A DNA stretch of 64,000 nt, from assembly GCA_030770535.1 (NCBI GenBank), contig JASVEC010000002.1:1426001-1490000 (forward strand). Direction: 5' to 3'. Below are positions 1-13,648 of this stretch, in pieces. The translations under genes and the position numbers were made by a program. The notes under the pieces are model-generated. The model made no database searches, was not told where the DNA came from, and saw only the letters and a program-made list of their open reading frames with translations. Numbering within the stretch: position 1 is the first letter of the stretch; every line of letters begins with the position of its first letter. The stretch comes from Batkoa obscura (Eukaryota).

Positions 1-36
1 AGCTACAAAAGATAGTAGTGGTAACTATTAATAATA

Positions 37-2335
37 ATGATTTTACAAGTATAACCTTAATAAATTTAATTTAATTTCACTTACCACAGTCAGTTACATC
101 TCCTCTTTATTTCCTCAAGAGGATCTATTGTTACCCTCAATGTATTATAATTCTCCATTTGAAGCTTTTTGTAAATGTAAGTAACATCTAGTTTTATATT
201 ATTTTTGAAATCAAATCAAATTAATTAAATAAAAAACTTGTATTTATTAATTCATTTCTCTACTTTAGATGCCTTAGCTAACCCTTCCAAAATTGCAATC
301 CAACTATCTGCTTCTAAACTAACTGCTGATCAACTATTAAAACAAATCTTAAAATTTGGTTTAGGTTATAAAAAACTCTTCACAACTTCAAGCTCCAAGT
401 CGACCCCCTCCTCCCCACCCATGCTTGGTTTGTGTCTCTCCAGCTCCCCTGACTGGTTAATAATTGACTTAGCTTGTCAAGGCTTTTCTATCATTTCTGT
501 AGTATTTAATGAAAACTTTACAATGGAAAATTTAATCCATGGTTTAAATCAAACCAAACTTAAAGTATTAGTAGGTGGTAAAATATTGTTGAAGGAATTA
601 ATTAAGATTAAAGATAGGCTAAAATATTTGGAATGTTTTATATTGGGTGATGAGAAGGAGGTAAGGGAGGATGAAGTTACACAAGAGTATCCATTTCAAG
701 TCATCAATATTGAGAAAATCTACGAATTAGGAACTAAACAAGCAGGCATTGGATTAATGTATTTAATTCCTAAATCAATTTCTAGTGATACCATTAGTAC
801 TATTGCATATACAAGTGGTACTACCAGTTTACCCAAAGGAGTCCTATTAAGTAATCAAAACTTAACATGTGCTTTGTTTAATTCCGAATTGGCTTTTTCA
901 TTTTTGAATATGGAAAATATGAAATCTATGGAATATTTGAGTTATTCACAGTTACCAATAAGAGTACATGCTTATCTATCATTAATCAAAGGACAAACAT
1001 TATTATTTTGTACAACTGGGGAAAAGGAGAGTGGGTTATTGGAGGAGATAGTTAAATGGAAACCAAATCAAATTCATTTATCTGATGGATTAATGAAACA
1101 ATTGTTACAGCTAATATATTCTAAAGTAAATGAAAATGGTATGAAATTTGAATTAAATAAATTAATGGAAGTGTTAAGTTTAAATGAGGATGAGTTAGAG
1201 AATATTGTTATCGATGATGAATTAAGGAGAGTATTTCTAAGTATTCAACAATTGATAGGAGAACAGTTAAGATTGATTACTTCATTTAATTATTCGATTT
1301 ACAAAAATAAATTCTATTTATTAAAGTTATTATTTAATGTACCAATTATACAAAGTAAGTTAGATAAAAATAACATATAATAGTTGGTATTAATCCTCAT
1401 TTCTAGGTTACGGTCTAACTGAAACTACTGGACAAGGTTTTCGTACCTCCCCCGATGAACATGGTTATGGAGTAGGTGGGGTAGTTCCCTTGACTATGGC
1501 TAAATTAGTGAATTGTGCTGAATTAGAATATTCCATCACTGATGAACCATGTCCAAGAGGAGAAATATATTTAAAAGGACCACATTTATTTTTAGGGTAT
1601 TACGGGGAGAGCAAAAGTCCTTTAACAAAACAAGGTTGGTATCCTACCGGAGATATTGGCAGTTTGGATAGGAATAATGGGATATTTACTATAATTGATA
1701 GAAAAGCCAATTTTTTTAAGTTGAAGGAAGGTAAATTAAAGTTTTCTGACTTTATTATTTCAATTTTAACTATTTTCTTTTAGGTATTTATATCACTCCA
1801 GAGAAAATTGAGAGTGCATATAAGAAACTTTCTCTTATAGAAGAGATCTATGTACCCACATTGACTTTAAATCAAGCTACTAATGTCATTGCCATTATCT
1901 ATCCAAATTTAGATCATTTTTTAGGTTGGGCTAGTTATCATTTAGAAAGGGTTATATTAAATGAAGAGTTAATGGGATTATGTGGGGATAAGAGTTTTAA
2001 ACAGGGTTTTTTAAATGAACTTAATCGACAACAAAAAAGTCTAAAAATACTAGTAGAGGATGAAATGGTAAAGAATTTTGAATTTGTATTGACTCCTTTT
2101 TCAAGTAACCAGGAGTTTGTAACGGTTAAGTAAGTTTTTATAGTCTATTATCATAAAATCAAGTTTATGTTTTTATTATTATAGTCATCGATTTAAACGA
2201 TCTCATTTAAAATCTCATTACTCCCAAATTATTGAAACTTTGGCTAATCATTCAATAATTGATTTGGAATCTGTGCCTAAAGTAACTATTAACAATACTG
2301 CTGGTTATTTAAATAAGTTGAAAAGTTTATTATAA
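37..2335 (+). CDS. Long-chain fatty acyl-CoA synthetase (ANL/AMP-binding family), multi-exon; 5' end uncertain
   Basis: ORFs 238..1380, 1490..1783 and 1861..2133 join through short GT-AG introns. Motifs: YTSGTTSLPKG P-loop, YGLTET, PRGEIYLKGP, GWYPTGDIG, IIDRKANFFKL. Last exon ends TAA at 2333-2335. Confidence 0.88.
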
Positions 2336-2763
2336 ATGAAATAAATTGAATTTATCTTTTTTTAAAAATGATTGTATTTTTTTTGTATATTTTATTTAAT
2401 TATATAATTTAATTATAACATTAATACAACTAAGGATACAAATAATATGCTATAATAATTAAAGTGAGGAGATAAATGATTGCATCTTTAAAAAAATAAG
2501 AGAATGCATTGAAAATCAACCTAAATCAATTAAATAAGTTGTAAATCAAATTGTTGACCAACAAAAACAACAAAAAATGAAAAAAGAAGTTAAAAACTGC
2601 TGCCTTTCCTTGTAGAATGATTTTTTTGTTTAAAAAATAAATATTTTTTTATATTAGACTATTGACTCAAATTACTACTCACTTTTCTCACCTTCCTTCA
2701 CCTTCCCCTTTCTTTCTTTTCTCCTCTTCTTTCTAACCTAATAAATTTAATCCTCCTTTTGTT

Positions 2764-5700
2764 TTAACTATTCCTTTTAACTGGCCTAGCACAAAATGGA
2801 TGTAGTAATAGTTCCTCTGCCGTTGGTCTTAAATCCGGTTGACTAGTCAAAAAAGTTAATATAATGAAAACTTTAAAGTATTAAATAAAATAATTACACA
2901 ATAAAACATTGTTTTAAAAAAGTTTCACAATCTTTGGTTAGATTTTCGGGTATTGGTGGAGCTGATTCATCAGTTAATTTACCAAGCTAATATAATATAT
3001 TAATTAATTGATTGTTATTTTTTTAAATAACTATTATTATTACCCTATAAACAGCCGCTAACTCATTTAAATCTTTCCAAGGTCTTTTACCAGTGACCAT
3101 TTCAATCAATAAACATCCAACACTCCTATTTAAAAAAAAATTAATTTCTTAATTTTCAAAAAATAATTGAATTGATATTCTTACCAAATATCCACTTTAG
3201 CACTATAGCCTTGAGCTTTAACTACTTCGGGTGCCATCCAAAATACAGAACCTTTAAATGACATTCTAGAATTACATTTATATGCCAAGGAATAATCCGA
3301 TTTCTTAGATATTCCAAAATCCGAAATTTTACAAACCCCTTCATTATTAATTAATATATTTGCCGATTTAATATCCCTATGTAGTATATTTTTTTTATGT
3401 AAATAATCTAGACCTTTGAGGATCTGCCTTAATAATGATGCTGAGTACGCTTCTTCAAATGCCCCTTCTCTATTTAAAATAGACATAATAGATCCACCTG
3501 ATACATATTCTAAAAATATATTAACTGCATTTAGGTTGGCTTCAAATCCTAAATATTGTACTACATGATCATGATCTAAATCTTTTAACAATTCGATTTC
3601 ACTATATAAATCGGCAATAATTTGTTTTCTTTTTTTACCCATACTTTTTTCGCTTGGTAATTCAATGACTTTTACTGCTATTACTTCACCATTGAATGCA
3701 TTTAAAGCATGAAATACTTTACCAAAAGAACCTTTTCCTATCATTTTACCTTTAATCCATTGAATTTGATTACTTGATCTTTTTTCTAACATTAATAATT
3801 CAGATGGATAATTATCAATAATAACATCTTCTTTATCTTTACTATTATTATCGTTAATTTCATTATCATTATTATTGTTATTAGTTGCCATTTCTTTTTC
3901 TTTTTCTTTTTCTAATCTATCATTTTCAATAATTTTTTTTCTCAGTAATTCTTTCTTTAAATCTTCTACATTGTCATCTAATTGCATAATTCTAGAACCC
4001 CAAAGTTTTGTTGATCTTCTAGATAAATTTAAGCTTGATTTACGTTTTAATTGATTTTCTTGTACTATCATACGTATACTTTTCTTTCTACCCAAATTAT
4101 TTTCTTGTAAATTAAATTTTTTAACTTCATTTTCTGCTTCAATTAAATTAACATCTTCAATTATTGGTTTGTCTAGATCATGATCCGGAAAAAATTGATC
4201 TAAATTTGTTGAAATAACATCTGGACTGGGTCGATCTCCCCATAGTTTGGCCCATGAAGGTAGTTCTTCTTCTGTTTCTTCTTCTTTATTATTGCTACTA
4301 TTATTGTTCTCAGGTTCTTGTGTAATTTCATTTTTTATATTTTTATCTTCATTAACATCTTTTTCAATTTTTTTCATATTCTTAACAATTGGTTTTAATG
4401 GTTCAAAATGTTGGGATTTTTTACCTATATTATTATTGTTATTATTATTTTAAACTAAATGATATGCTATGTTATATTATATTACCTTCACTATGATACT
4501 TCCTATGTGGTACTCTTGAAAGTCTTAATTTAATATAGCCTTTATTATCTGTTTTGGAGCACAATAACATTAAATATCGTGGTGAAACAGTACGAGTTGA
4601 TCCGTCTTCTAAGAATTCTTCAATTTGATAAGAAGAATCATTATCTTGACCAACTGTTTCTAATATTTTATGATAAATTTCTTCTGTTGTTTTACAACCA
4701 CCTATATTTACACTATAACTGCTACCTGTATCCATAGAAACTTGGATGACTTGCTATTATATTATAGAGTTAGTATTTTATTTTATAAACTTAACTAAAA
4801 TATATAAACTTACATTCTCATCAAATTTAAGGTCTTCCTAAAATAAAAATAAAGTATTTAATATTTAAAAGTTATTGCTAAACCAAATAATTAGACTTAC
4901 AGGACACGATAATTTTCTAGAATGTTTAGAAAATGGATTCAAAAACCCAGGTAACAAATGACTAAAAAAATTAGAATCTGGACTATTTACTTTTTTAGGC
5001 GAATTAGGCTTTTTATTAGTATGTGTTGGTGATTGTGTTATAGCTGGTGGTGGTAATACTTTATTATTATTATTATTAGTTGATGATGTAATTAATAAAT
5101 GAGGTGGTATATTTTCTGGCTTAGAAGATTGTCTTGGTGTTAATACAATTGAAGAAGGACTTGAGGGTGAAGGTGAAGGTGAAGGTGAAGGTAAAGTTAA
5201 ATTTTTAACTGGAAATTTAAATTGTGAATCTTTTGGACTAATATTTCCCACAGTAGAATAAGGTGTGTTAATATTATCATAAAATAATGAAGATCTCCTC
5301 TGTGCTGATAACATCCCATCTCTTTTAGTATTTCTTGTATTAATATTAGAATCTTGTGATATTATATTTGTTATGTTGTGTGGATTTGATCTCCAATTCA
5401 TTTCTAAATTAATCATTGATTCTTTCCTTGGATTAATAATTGGCTGAGATAAACTTTTTATTGAATGATTTTCAATAGTTTTATTTGTTGATATTATATC
5501 TTCAGAATTTATTGATATTGGAGGTGAAGTTACTAATGTTAATGTATCATTAAGTAAAATATTATCGTTGTTAGGGATTTCTATTGTATTGTTAAATTTA
5601 TTACTATTAGTATTATTATTTTCGTTATCTTGATTTAATATGTTATCTTGTTTAAATAATTTTTGATCTATATTATAAACTGATTGATTATTTATATTAT

Positions 5701-6846
5701 CATTATCATTTTCTTTATCAGATTCAGGTTCATCAGCATATGTAGAAATAATTGAATAAATTTCATCATTTTCTAATGAAGTATCATGATTTTTTTCTAA
5801 TAATGGTAATCCAGGTGTATCAATAACATTCAATGGACTATCAAACCCCTCCATTTCTTCCTGTAGACTAATTTGTTCCATTAGTACTTCTTCTTTAATT
5901 TCCCTTAATGTTAATTTTGTTTCAAAACTATCTTCTAATGTATCTTCTAATAATGGGTCTTTAAAATAATTAAGTTTTAGTTATATAAGAGTATCATATA
6001 AATTTACCTTCCATAAAACTATCAACTATAGGAGATGGTGCCACTTTAAGACTAGAAGGTGAACTAATTTTAGAATCAATAAAAGAACAGTTAGCCATTG
6101 ATAAAGGCGTTTTCATACCATCATTTGGTTTATAAATATCATTGATATCAGTCTATTTAAAGTCAATAAATCAATCAACAATAAATCTGTTATAAATTAC
6201 TTTAATAGTTAATTTTTCCAACATGGTAAACTGTTTACGCATTGTTTTTAATAACCTTGAACGATCTTTGTAACTTTGTACATCATAGGCCCTTAATACT
6301 TTATGATTTAAATTCAAAAACATGGCTCCGAATATTTTATGTTCTAAATAAAATAAACTATGGCTTAATTAATAATAAATCTTGATTACCTTGAAATAAT
6401 TCAATAAAATCCTCCAATTGATTGTTTTCCAACCATTGGATTGTCCTTTTTAAATCCCAATTAGATGGGCTTAAATTGTCAATCGTATCATTTGAATTCA
6501 TACATGAACTTTCTTCATTAGAATTTAACACTTTTGGGTGTGGTAGCTTATTTGGTGGGTTATTAAAATAGCTTGGCGAAGTTGGTATAAACTGTGGACT
6601 AGTAAATAAACTACCATTATTATTACTGTTATCAATGTCCATATTTAATTTAATGTCATCCACTTGCTTAGCCTCTTCTTCTACCATATTGCTTTTTATC
6701 CGTTCAGTATCTAATTTACTTTCCAATCCATTATTATTTAACAATTTATAACTCATTGTATTAATGTCTTCATTTCGGTTTTTTTCCACTAAATTATCAC
6801 TATGTAGTGACATTTTGGGGTTCGGCATAGCTGCTGATAGATACAT
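2764..6846 (-). CDS. BCK1: MAP kinase kinase kinase, Bck1/Mkh1-like; N-terminal SAM-like domain, ubiquitin/RA-like segment and C-terminal STE kinase domain; multi-exon
   Basis: Kinase motifs WIKGKMIGKGSFGKV, IAVKVIE, HRDIKSANIL, KISDFG, GSVFWMAPEV. The pre-kinase motif RPSPDVISTNLDQFFPDHDLDKPII is typical of Bck1. WDLKRTIQWLENNQL is SAM-like. Last exon reads QPDLRPTAEELLLHPF...RNS* ending at 2764. Confidence 0.85.
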
Positions 6847-7607
6847 AAAATAAATTAATAAATTAAAATTGCTTTAAAAATATATAATTTAATAAAACTT
6901 TGCAATATAAATAAATTTCAATGGAGTGGAAATTAGGATCACATTGCGTTTAATGCTTTTCTGCATGAATTCCAATTTTAGAATCTTTTTTAGTTAATTT
7001 TCAACTTTTTAATTTTACTAATTTTATTAATTTTTGATTTTTTTATTGTATTTTATTATTCATATATACATCATTTTTTTATAGTGTTAAATTAACTAAG
7101 AAGGATTTTATAATTTCAATTTATCTTGATTCATCAGACTCAAATAATTGAAATAATATAATATTTTCTAAACCAATAACTGTTATTTAAATATTCTTAT
7201 TTCAAATGCATTTTTAGAACATAGTTTTACTTACTCTATTTATACACTTTATTATTTAATTATATACTATTTTTTATATACTTATTTTATCACTATATGT
7301 TAAAATTTCTTCAAAAAAATTATTACATTGTTAAAAATCTATAATAATAAAAGGCTACTAAATGTTATAATAGCTAAAAAGCCGCCCTTTTTTCACTAAT
7401 GAACTATTATTTTAACACTTAATATTAAAATAATTTCAAAATGCGTGCATGAGGCAATATCTACAAAGGCTAAATATTAATGCATTCTAAAATCATACAC
7501 TATTACTTTATATTAACAATACAATAGTTACTACTCATTTCAAATAAAACAAGCAATAAATTAATAAAATAAACTGTAATAATTTCATTTCTTCTTTCAT
7601 TTATTTC

Positions 7608-8351
7608 TTAATTTTCTTCATGGTATTTAGCCAGAGCTTCTTTGTATTGTTGTGATTCTTTATTATATTGTGAAACATATTTCTAATTAATAATAATGAT
7701 AATTAATATTTAATTTATTTATAAAATTATTTAATTTTACCTGTTTAGTTTCACTATCAATCGTTTTCCATAAATTACCAAGCTGAGTACCTTGTTCACC
7801 AATACTTAAGTGACCAAACTCATAATTAGTTTCATTTCTTTTATCTTTACAAAACAATAAATAAGCATTGACTGGTTTCTTAGGTTTGTTATGATCGATG
7901 ACTTTTTTCATTTTACGACCACCTTTTAGCCCTTTCTTTGTAATATCTTGATTATAAGCCTCCCTTTCCTCATTTGTAAGTTGCTTTTCCCAATCTTCTA
8001 ACCTTTTTTCATACTCTTTAGCTTCCATTTGATATTTCTCTTCATATTGTACCTTTTTACCACTATCTAATGACTTCCATTCTTCTGATAAATTACTAAT
8101 CACTTGTGTTGTACTCATACCACTATCTCGCCCTGTTTTTGGAAAATTTTCTCTTACAAATATTGTATAAGCATTCCCCGGGCGCTTTGGACGCGCTGGG
8201 TAATCTATAATTCTGGGTTGAAATGAGTTTCAATATTGTCTATAATTATTTTACCTTTGTTTTTTAAAGCCAAATTTGTAGTGTGAAATAAAGCACGATT
8301 AGTATAAGTTTTTATACTATTGAAATTGAACTTTGTTATTAAGTTTAGCAT
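7608..8351 (-). CDS. Tandem HMG-box protein, probably mitochondrial nucleoid protein (Abf2/TFAM-like); 3 exons
   Basis: Two HMG boxes (PKRPGNAYTIFVRE...WKSL; PKKPVNAYLLFCKD...LGNLWKTI). The N-terminus MLNLITKFNFNSIKTYTNRALFHTT lacks acidic residues and resembles a mitochondrial presequence. Confidence 0.8.
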
Positions 8352-9263
8352 TTGTATTTTTTAAAAAAAATAAAGGATTGCTTTTAAAAAATGTAAATGG
8401 ACTTTTGCTTTTTCTAGTTGTTGACGTGATAAGCCGCAAATAAAATTACTCTTTGCATTATTTTTTTTTCAAAAATTGCGTAAAACTTTTTAAAGAATGA
8501 GCTAAAGGATTGAGCTGAGATAGTTGACTGTGATTAGTAGTAGGGTTAACCACTTGAGTACATTAGACTAACATTGTTCATCAAATTAGTCTTGAATAAG
8601 CAAAAATCATTGTTTAATAATTAAAAGATGAACCAAATTCCGATCCAATTGAACAAAATTTATCTAGATCTCTAGTACTCAAAGGCTTAACTCAAAATTT
8701 CAGTTATTTTAATTACTGAAAGATTAAGTTGTTAGAATAGAATGTTTTTGAGGTGACTTTTAAAAGCTCTTAGTAAATTTAAAATGACTAGATCAACTTT
8801 TCCAAACTCAATAAAATCTAAAAAAACAATAAAAAAAAATGTGATTAAACACTTGGTTTTACTCCTAAGTCATTTTGATAAGTTAATACTATGATCAAGC
8901 TATGGCGTTCAAGTTATATTAAATGTGCTTAAGATTTCAGTAAAATAATAATGAATATTTTAAGTTAAATGATTATCAGAAATATTGTTTATTCACCATA
9001 ATACCAAAGATAGGATAATGGTGATTTTAAGCTTTAATTCATGAGTGCAATGTAGGTGTTAGAAATTTTACAAATGATCCTAAATCCTATTATCAAATTA
9101 TGTTAATAAAAGGAATCACTGACTATAAGATCAATAATACAATGTAATAATAATAGTCATTCCGCTTGAAAGGTGGTGAATTCAAAGTATATAAGTAGAG
9201 CAGGAAATATTTCAAATAATATTATAAAAATTTAACTATTTTTACATTCCTTTAACGTTTAAT

Positions 9264-10682
9264 ATGAAAATTTCCTCTTTCCTCTTAGTAGTTAGTTTAG
9301 CTATCTCTAGTATCACTAGTCAAGCTCCGACCAAAGTAGTAGTAGGTTACTTTTCTGATTGGACATTAGGCCAATACCCTGTTAGTGCCATTGATTTCAG
9401 TAAAGTAACGCATATTAATTATGCTTTTGCTTTGTTTACTGATAATGGATTCAATCCAAAAATTGAAACCGAGAATACATTAAGAGATTTAGTAACCAAA
9501 GCACATCAAACCAGTACCAAAGTATCTATCTCGATTGGTGGCTGGACAGGGTCAAAATACTTTTCTCCAATGGCCGCAGATATCAATAAAAGAAAGCAAT
9601 TTGTAGCCAATACAGTTGCCTTTGTAAACAAATTTAACTTAGATGGTATCGATATAGATTGGGAATACCCTGGAAGAAACGGTGCTGAAGGAAATATTGT
9701 ATCTCCACAAGACACCGCTAACTTTTTATTGTTACTGAAAGAGTTACGTACAGCTTTGGGCAATAAATTAATTACCGCTGCTGTAAGAGCACAGCCATTT
9801 GATGGTCCAAATGGCCCATTGAACGATGTTAGGGCTTTTGTACCTTTATTTGATTGGCTTAATTTAATGTGTTATGATTTTAATGGTACTTGGGAAACAA
9901 CTACTGGGCCAGTAGGTGGCTTAGATTATCAACCTGGTAAAGGAGCTCCATTCTCTGTTAAACAAACTGTAAGAGATTGGAGTAATGCAGGGTTTACTTA
10001 TGATAAATTAGTTGTTGGTGTACCTTTCTATGGTTTCTCAGCAGGTGTTGGAGTCGACATGACAAATACAGATCAATATCAAAAAATCACTAACGCCAAT
10101 TCACCAGGCTATTCTTACAATGCTTTAATTACTCAAAAAATATTAAAATCTCCATTAGAGGCTAATGATGCTGCTGGTTGGATTAGAAAATTTGATTCGA
10201 TTACTCAAACTCCATGGTTGTTTAATAAGAATACAAAGACTTTCATTGCTTATGATGATATACAATCTTTAAAAGTAAAAACGGATTATGTAAGATGCAA
10301 TGGGTTAAGAGGTGCTATGTTATGGGCTATGGATAATGATTATCAACATCAATTACTTTCAGCTTTACAAAATGTTTATAACACGGGTTCTTGTAGTCCT
10401 TCCACTACTTCAACTGTCACTTCAACTGTCACTTCAACTACTGCTACTTTTACTTCTACTGCTACTTCTACCACTTTAATTACTACTTCTACTACTTCTG
10501 TTACTTCAACTTCTCAAGGTCCTGAGCCAACTGGAAGTTGTCAAGATGGTTCCTATACTTGCGGTGCAACTAAAGGATCCACTTATTATCAGTGTGCGCA
10601 TAGCCAATGGATTAAGTTATCTTGTCCAGGTACCTCAGTATGTATACAAGCTGGCAATTCGATTTATTGTGGTAACCCTTAA
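9264..10682 (+). CDS. Secreted GH18 chitinase with Ser/Thr linker and C-terminal Cys-rich chitin-binding module (CBM19-like); intronless
   Basis: Signal peptide, SIGGW, catalytic LDGIDIDWEYPG, LMCYD, GAMLWAMD, a Thr-rich linker and a C-terminal module with several cysteines. Confidence 0.95.
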   Translation: MKISSFLLVVSLAISSITSQAPTKVVVGYFSDWTLGQYPVSAIDFSKVTHINYAFALFTDNGFNPKIETENTLRDLVTKAHQTSTKVSISIGGWTGSKYFSPMAADINKRKQFVANTVAFVNKFNLDGIDIDWEYPGRNGAEGNIVSPQDTANFLLLLKELRTALGNKLITAAVRAQPFDGPNGPLNDVRAFVPLFDWLNLMCYDFNGTWETTTGPVGGLDYQPGKGAPFSVKQTVRDWSNAGFTYDKLVVGVPFYGFSAGVGVDMTNTDQYQKITNANSPGYSYNALITQKILKSPLEANDAAGWIRKFDSITQTPWLFNKNTKTFIAYDDIQSLKVKTDYVRCNGLRGAMLWAMDNDYQHQLLSALQNVYNTGSCSPSTTSTVTSTVTSTTATFTSTATSTTLITTSTTSVTSTSQGPEPTGSCQDGSYTCGATKGSTYYQCAHSQWIKLSCPGTSVCIQAGNSIYCGNP

Positions 10683-11504
10683 TTTAATTTACGATAAAAA
10701 AACTATTAGCTACTTTTGGATTTTTCGATATGTTTTTTTGGTATAGTTTTTTAGTAGACTTTTTTCTCATTTACTATAAATTGCTTATCATCTAGCTACA
10801 TAATATTTTTTGAAGTGTTATAGGCTTTTGAATGATTTATTATGGAATTGAAAGACTGTGTAATAATATATAATATAGACATAATATTAAATAAAAGTAA
10901 GCTCAAAATTCAAAAATTGAATATTTATAAACATAACTTATAATTTGTTTAATTTGTTGATGCTTTTTGTAATAAAAATAGATAACATTAAAGCACTTTT
11001 AGTAGTAAAATATAAAAAACAATCTCTTAATCAAAACTTTGAACATTTTATTTCAATTCTTGCTTAAAAATGCTCTTATTTTTTTAGTTATTTAAAAAGG
11101 CGAGGGAGTTGAGTCAAAAACATCTAAAGATTACCCTTTCAAGTCCAAAAAATGGCTTGAATAAAAAAACGTCATTTAAAAAGATGGGAATTCTATTAAA
11201 TGACCCTAATCCTACCCTGACTTTAACCTTAACTTTAACTTTAATTAATATACTCAAATAAAACTGAATATAGTATAGCAAACTATATATTGATATTCTA
11301 CTAAAATATTCCATTTTAGTAAAAACGCATCTTCATTGATTGTTTTGGAGCTTTTAATCAACTTGAGTATTGTGAGCAAAACATTAATAAGGTGTAAATT
11401 AAGTTGATTTAAAAAATAGAAGATTTTTTGAAATTGAAAATTTGAGACATAGTCAAAAACCAATAATTAACTTTCTTTTTCAGTTTTAACAATCTTCAAA
11501 AAAA

Positions 11505-13546
11505 ATGGAAGCTCAAAAAGCACAACTTATTGAAGCATGTTCAAGGATTTTAAGTAGTGAAACCCGACTCACCAAACGACCACGACAAAGTCTCACATGG
11601 TCCGAATTAATAAGTAAAATTACTATACTTGATTCGAGTTCTGGATTTCAGGAAACTAGCTTACGTTCATTATTATTTCAATTTGCTTTAAAAGATTTAA
11701 ATAGTTATTCACAATTGATTATTGAATGGAGTTGGCATGAATTTACTAATGCGAAAGAAGGAGAGTTAGGGGAACTAGGTGTTACAGAAAATTATCGAGT
11801 TGGGATGAGGAAGTTGATTGAAGAATACTTACAATTGATTCAGGAAGATGATGTGGCGCTGTTAGAGGTATTGAATGGAGTACCTGTAATCTTGGAAGAA
11901 TTTTTGGAGAAATTGGAATTGATTTGTACAGAAAGTTTGAAGTAAGTTAACACTTTTTTTAAAATAAAAAAATAAGATTTTAATCTTTCTATTATAGATA
12001 TAATGCAGGCTTAAAGATTATTAAATCAATAGCATTGCATCGAGTGAAATTAAGAATTCAAAGTCTAAAATTATTGATTAAATTTAGTTTATCATTAGAT
12101 CAAGAATTACGTTTATTAAGTATCTCTACACTCACTGATATTTACCACTCCCATCACGTTATTACTTCTTATTTACAAACATTTACAAAAGAAAATTTAA
12201 GTTTTTTAATCAATACTTCAATACAAGAGCAAGATAATGAATTAGAACAGAATATAATTCATAGAATTGAATTGTATTTAAATTTATGTGCTAAGGATAA
12301 TGATTTACTAATGGATATATTTAATCTATTTCCTCAATTAGATAGTAAAGTTCAAGAATTATTATTAAAATTGATGGAAGAAAAAGCGACCATGTTTAAT
12401 AAACAACATCTGGTTTTTATACATTTGGTTTGTCAACCACCAAATGGAGCACAGGATTTGAGTTTAAAAGGATTATTGGGCTTTATTAAAGAAAAAGAAA
12501 AAGAAGGTAAATTAATTTTAAGATTTTGATTGGAAATATTTATTAATGTTATTGTTTTTTTTAATAGATTTATTACCATTATTGAATGAATTAATTAAAA
12601 CCTTTGAGTCAAATGCAAGTACATTAAAATTAATATTACCAATATTGAAATATTATGAAAAAGTAAAATAGACATTAGGATTTAATAATAATAAAAGAAT
12701 TAATGATTTAACCTAGGAACAACTTGAAAGTATAATTAGTCAATTAATTTATTATTTAAGTCAAGGTGAATTAAAAGATACCTTCAATATATTTTCCATT
12801 ATTATAAAAGATCAATTAATGTCCGTAGAACAAGTTATTTGCTTATTACATGATCCTAAGTTGGAGATTAATAAAATGGGAGTTATCAAAGGTAACTATT
12901 AATATTATATTATAATTTATAAGAAGTGATTGCGAATAATTTTATTTATTTTCTTCTTTTAGCTTTAAAAATTTGTTTGAAAGATAACGTTAATTATACA
13001 CCTAATTTAATAATGGATAGTATTATTAAATTATTAGATTTTAAAAAATTACCTTTATTTTTTATGAGGACAGTAAGTTGAATTTATTTTTATTTTTATT
13101 TATTATATTATTAAATAAGAGTGTTAATAATTAAATTTATTTAGGTATTAGAATTACTAAAATTATATCCTGAGAATAAACAAATATTAAATTGGACACC
13201 AAGTTTATTAATGAAATTAGTACAAAAAAAGATATATTTAATGCCTACATTATTTGAAGGGTTTATTATGGTTTGTAATGTAAGTTATAAATAATAGAAT
13301 AATAATATTAAAATTAATTTGCTCTACTTTACTCTGGCTTACATTGTTTTTTATTTCTAGATAATAGGTAACAGCTCCCATCCAATATTGTTACAATTAC
13401 CCCGAGAACCTTTAGAAAAAGTATTAAAACAGTCCAATACTTTAAAACAAGCATTAACATTAAGAGTACAACAACATTTAAAATCCAATCCAGATACAAA
13501 ACAAAGATTAAAGGATTTGTTACCTTTATTTGAAATTGATCAATAA
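11505..13546 (+). CDS. Symplekin/Pta1-like mRNA 3'-processing scaffold (middle and C-terminal domains); multi-exon
   Basis: Spliced 3' exons read LPLFFMRTV-LELLKLYP...LLMKLVQKKIY...LFEGFIMVC...ILLQLPREPL, which matches the symplekin C-terminal signature. Stop TAA at 13544-13546. Confidence 0.75.
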
Positions 13547-13648
13547 AGTTAAATTATTGTTATGATAATAATAATAATAACAAAGATGAGAGATAGAATG
13601 ACGAAGATATTGATAATAATAATACCATGAATTATTGATTTCCTTAAT

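Noticed and set aside
9506..9763. Similar antisense ORFs in both chitinases (9506..9763 and 45871..46152)
   Set aside because: Their similarity follows from sense-strand paralogy; there is no independent evidence of coding.
11204..11250. CCCTAA/TAACTT-like hexamer run as an interstitial telomere
   Set aside because: Only a few degenerate units; it cannot be told apart from a simple microsatellite.
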